Below are positions 62,701 to 64,000 of a stretch of DNA of 64,000 nucleotides, in pieces. The DNA is from Candidatus Saccharimonadota bacterium (GTDB lineage Bacteria; Patescibacteriota; Saccharimonadia; Saccharimonadales; SZUA-47). The DNA is taken from contig CP065013.1 in NCBI GenBank assembly GCA_016700315.1, positions 321,449-385,448 of the forward strand, read 5' to 3'. A model generated the notes under the pieces. It had not been told where the DNA came from. It ran no database searches and was given only the letters and a program-made list of their open reading frames with translations. The position numbers were made by a program, and so were the translations under genes. Each line of letters begins with the position of its first letter. The first letter of the stretch is position 1.

Positions 62701-62911
62701 CACTTCGGGCTCTCCAGGACATGTTGGCATATTCGTGAAAGACAACGGGAATGGCACATTTACTACTCTGGAGTCGTCTGGTGCAACAAATAGTGCTGGC
62801 AAAAAAGAGTCTGGGTTCTACATTCATCCTCTAAGTAAGTTGGGGGGTACTGGTGCTCACGACTATAAGTACGCCGGTCGATACATTGGGCCTGGTTCGG
62901 GGCCGCCATGA
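59702..62911 (+). CDS. T4SS-associated membrane-anchored cell-wall hydrolase (C-terminal NlpC/P60 domain), 1069 aa
   Basis: Acidic N-terminus, one TM (AAGITAGIASIVIGIVMLL), and a large ectodomain. The C-terminus carries the Cys motif FVECSGFANLSLW and His motif PGHVGIFV. Confidence 0.7.
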   Translation: MSPQRLIDPEIDPSWYNESDEAEATRLAELDALQASWDADNAEYDEGNPRNKAEPSEDEEDDDIESSEQNADTDDGQTTADTAATDNEASNNPEIPYSDSPKKKSIMSKQRAAVAAGITAGIASIVIGIVMLLPQLIVNNLREWIFQKTGKIQSSQALKYSRPLRLKMSDVFNRDGRRGKKIITEMSKRGFIFKYDSKGNIAEIIDQSGNSVKGTAIAGTIEKHLDDAHPIKNIVSKNWKTKGMNAFYTRFGVSRASPVEVKDAADLQNVEKTINKNISRGVLQGEASENVINSAPVDENGNPVQESPEQIKARQAAQADAAQFAKDSGLTGPIKSAALDGENLDNSAIPLAKAIDGIESAPTKEALDAVKNTVESGSVLGFLKSLTLTGTVDKFCTARNRLNGASIAGRIVRSLSLIRYSSLFVGAADGVRTGKSNAKLVKEMMKRVMGRDKNNRPFGDSEGLKRALLNKFSRSRNDSTKSKVSTDGDLGGVFGVLQSKFNNIPGCSIAQNPFAQILEPVAQVAIAAFTGGAGEAGVQAGIQASKEAVVLYFRNFLQNVMTKQFAVKFLASTIASIGISEIMSLVQLYAEKTMYFNFTGQERGGSLADINFAGGGAANKMRWLQAGYVPATPEQYSQIETAYLNENAQDFKKLGFFQRIFDSGNEKSLAYQLAARTVINTPGGTEGLAILPSNLFRMATTTLRAEPLANLASNLVGGKAYAAAENSDSISFLDYKISNRDIHLATDQAGNNLVVMRDDIRSILEDPIANQDFLLSNQNGGPYIDSVGFKPIGDFAEHVKNCVTNPNIISALEAHDPSDPSPKTDCLANSPLTQRFKAHLAWLDAQDSFDAEIIPEDIDTGAGPSLGGNSTIVDCSAARGNGKIVCAAQAYSGIPYAHARPGYENALRGGGNAEAWLAKNNNDLNFIRTNAFVECSGFANLSLWIAYQYKTKNGCSKDYAMGTDPNVTPVLSPAAVRGGQKLSTSMLQAGDFLTISESCNTSGSPGHVGIFVKDNGNGTFTTLESSGATNSAGKKESGFYIHPLSKLGGTGAHDYKYAGRYIGPGSGPP

Positions 62912-63468
62912 TGAGCAGAAAAAAAATACTTTCCCTACTAATATTGGTTCCTGCGGTTGCTTGTTTGGGAGTGTTTATTGTCAAGAAGTCAAGCACCGGT
63001 GAGGTTGTTTTTCAAGTTGACGATAATGTTTCAGGTTTTGTTCTTGATAATCACCTATATGATAAAAACAACAAAAATTTTAAGCTAGAAAAGGGTCTTC
63101 ATACCGTTAAAGCAGTTGGCCCCTTGGTCTCGGCTACACAGCAAACTTTTGAGGTTAGGCCCTTCAAAAAACAGACTGTTGAGTTAAGGTCAAAGTCGCT
63201 TGAAGCGTCAGAACTAGCCAAAGAGCTTTTCGGGGCATCGGACATATTTACTATCGGTTCAGTAAAGATGACCAGTGACAAAAGTTGGCTAATTATAAGT
63301 GTTGTCATAAAAGACGGAGAGGGTGACGGAGATACCTTTATATACAACTTTAATGGACAAGGTTGGGAAGAGTATGCAAGTGGAACTAATTTCGATTTAG
63401 ATGGAGTAAGCGACGAGTCTTTACCTAGAGAGGTTTCAGACATTATCCAAGGGAGACAAAACCAATGA
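62908..63468 (+). CDS. hypothetical membrane-anchored protein (186 aa)
   Basis: N-terminal TM ILSLLILVPAVACLGVFIV. The start overlaps the upstream stop (ATGA). Confidence 0.45.
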   Translation: MMSRKKILSLLILVPAVACLGVFIVKKSSTGEVVFQVDDNVSGFVLDNHLYDKNNKNFKLEKGLHTVKAVGPLVSATQQTFEVRPFKKQTVELRSKSLEASELAKELFGASDIFTIGSVKMTSDKSWLIISVVIKDGEGDGDTFIYNFNGQGWEEYASGTNFDLDGVSDESLPREVSDIIQGRQNQ

Positions 63469-64000
63469 GAATTTTAGCAAGGAGACTCTTGGCGCTGGCG
63501 ATTGGCATAGCAGTAGTAATATCTTATGCTGCACCGGAGACAGCGCTGGCAATCCAAAGCGAAAACGACCCGCCTTGTACCGAAAAAAGACTGAGGGATC
63601 TGGGGGTATTAATCGTGAATTGTAATGGTAATATTACTTGCTCAAGTAGCACCGGGGCAATTGTGCCTACTGGCGGTGGTACGGGAGGTGCACTATATAT
63701 GATTGGCGACTCGATAACCGAGGGTTCTGTAAATGAGCTAAGGGTCGCTTTTAATGGTCGGGGCTTTACCCCAATAATAAACGGTAAAGCCAGTCGCCGT
63801 CTCAGCACAGGCAGTAGCGAGCTAGACGGTCAATCAGTGCTTGAGAAGGACCTGCAAGATCCCCAAATCCAAAATGCAAGCGTAGTTGTCGTGGAGTTAG
63901 GTACGAACAGTGGGCTAACAACAGGATCAGTTGAAAAAGCTATCGCGTCGATCAAAGCTAGTGCTACGAAGGCTAAAATCTTTTGGGTAAACCTAGGTGT
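63465..64000 (+). CDS. secreted SGNH/GDSL-family hydrolase; the C-terminus runs off the right window edge
   Basis: Own translation from ATG 63465 gives MRILARRLLALAIGIAVVISYAAPETALA... with block I YMIGDSITEG. The start overlaps the upstream stop. It is absent from the ORF track because it has no stop in the window. Confidence 0.65.
   Translation, partial: MRILARRLLALAIGIAVVISYAAPETALAIQSENDPPCTEKRLRDLGVLIVNCNGNITCSSSTGAIVPTGGGTGGALYMIGDSITEGSVNELRVAFNGRGFTPIINGKASRRLSTGSSELDGQSVLEKDLQDPQIQNASVVVVELGTNSGLTTGSVEKAIASIKASATKAKIFWVNLG

Noticed and set aside
1-64000. Alternative genetic code (TGA as sense, as in some CPR lineages)
   Set aside because: TGA terminates several well-defined genes, including the sortase at 24807-24809, the ABC ATPase at 22921-23 and ORF 62908-63468. 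Long conserved genes (valS, argS, groEL, dnaG) are uninterrupted under the standard code.

Overview
This 64-kb window is gene-dense, about mid-40s % GC by eye, and uses the standard genetic code: TGA ends several conserved genes, and long conserved genes have no in-frame TGA. The gene content suggests a reduced-genome CPR/Patescibacteria bacterium, plausibly Saccharibacteria, but that is inference only. Supporting content includes rpoD, dnaG, argS, valS, tsaD, groES-groEL with a CIRCE operator, a Mur ligase, a sortase, a MacB-type ABC pair, many HAD hydrolases, almost no biosynthesis, and five CCA-encoding tRNAs that include all four Ser isoacceptors.

Positions 1-46.6 kb are a housekeeping backbone carrying many small non-coding elements:
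- A Y1-transposase (RAYT-like) gene flanked by inverted copies of a 36-nt palindromic REP-like element, with further copies elsewhere.
- A MITE family with TA-flanked terminal inverted repeats.
- A long palindromic element bracketing tsaD-valS.
- Heptanucleotide tandem arrays, including a 266-bp island held in one 7-nt phase and an array inside argS.
- Short duplications of tRNA ends, and a 111-bp tandem repeat seeded by the 5' end of tRNA-Ser(GCT).
- A ~0.5-kb high-GC insert next to tRNA-Ser(GGA) carrying a 53-aa ORF with extreme GC3 codon usage.

Positions 46.6-64.0 kb hold the most interesting system, a Gram-positive-type type IV secretion-like locus:
- Eight tandem paralogous VirB2/TrbC-like pilin genes.
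- A 1150-aa VirB6-like membrane protein and a PrgI/VirB3-like protein.
- A VirB4 ATPase that appears split into two ORFs exactly where a four-helix-bundle (Avd / 23S-IVS family) gene cassette sits. The cassette is flanked by inverted heptamer arrays.
- A 1069-aa NlpC/P60 wall hydrolase and a secreted SGNH hydrolase that runs off the right edge.
- No relaxase or coupling ATPase is visible inside the window.

All calls come from reading the sequence and the ORF track. No database searches were run, and hairpin and repeat coordinates are hand-counted.
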